A stretch of 26,312 nt of DNA from positions 1 to 26,312 of the forward strand of contig CAJWCD010000039.1 of the NCBI GenBank assembly GCA_913020725.1, read 5' to 3'. Positions 26,218 through 26,312 of the stretch are shown here, one piece after another. Origin of the DNA: an uncultured Pseudomonadota bacterium (lineage in GTDB: Bacteria > SAR324 > NAC60-12). How positions within the stretch are numbered: the first letter of the stretch is position 1; every line of letters begins with the position of its first letter. The notes beneath the pieces are model-generated. The model ran no database searches. It saw only the letters and a program-made list of their open reading frames with translations, and was not told where the DNA came from. Made by a program: the position numbers and the translations under genes.

Positions 26218-26312
26218 TCAGGCGGCAGAATCCTGAAGTTCCATACGAGCGGCAACTGCAAGTTCATCGGCGCGGTCGTTCTCCGGATGCCCGGCGTGGC
26301 CCTTCACCCAAC
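26218..26312 (-). CDS. rnhA: Ribonuclease HI, C-terminal 30 aa (5' part beyond the window)
   Basis: Minus strand reads [30 protein letters not shown], the canonical RNase HI C-terminal motif. Not in the ORF track. Confidence 0.9.
   Translation of the reverse strand, partial: WVKGHAGHPENDRADELAVAARMELQDSAA

Overview
Bacterial chromosomal segment (about 55-60% GC). The gene mix suggests a marine deltaproteobacterial lineage such as SAR324, but that is inference only. From left to right: (1) about 440 bp of a phage-like repeat protein (YSAKxYA/SAKEWA repeats) abruptly joined to the 3' end of a probable methyl-accepting chemotaxis gene; (2) a dimethylglycine-dehydrogenase-like GcvT-family flavoprotein; (3) an isolated ftsL-ftsI pair, crcB/fluC and a type-2 ileS; (4) a frameshifted DUF4268-like gene; (5) a ynjBCD-type ABC transporter interrupted by an antisense higBA module whose toxin has an in-frame stop; (6) a decayed anmK remnant; (7) an amino-sugar island: GntR/UTRA regulator with dre-like operators, nagB, nagA, a Tat-exported sugar-binding protein, two permeases, Gfo/Idh/MocA, an amidohydrolase and an SDR; (8) a CDP-alcohol phosphatidyltransferase, a YfcG-type GST, a disrupted YtfJ-family gene and the 3' end of rnhA. 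The most notable non-gene signal is a strong, frame-independent excess of the palindrome TCCGGA (hand count about 54 versus about 8 expected), which nearly vanishes in the sugar-transport block. No rRNA, tRNA, CRISPR array, integrase or transposase was seen.
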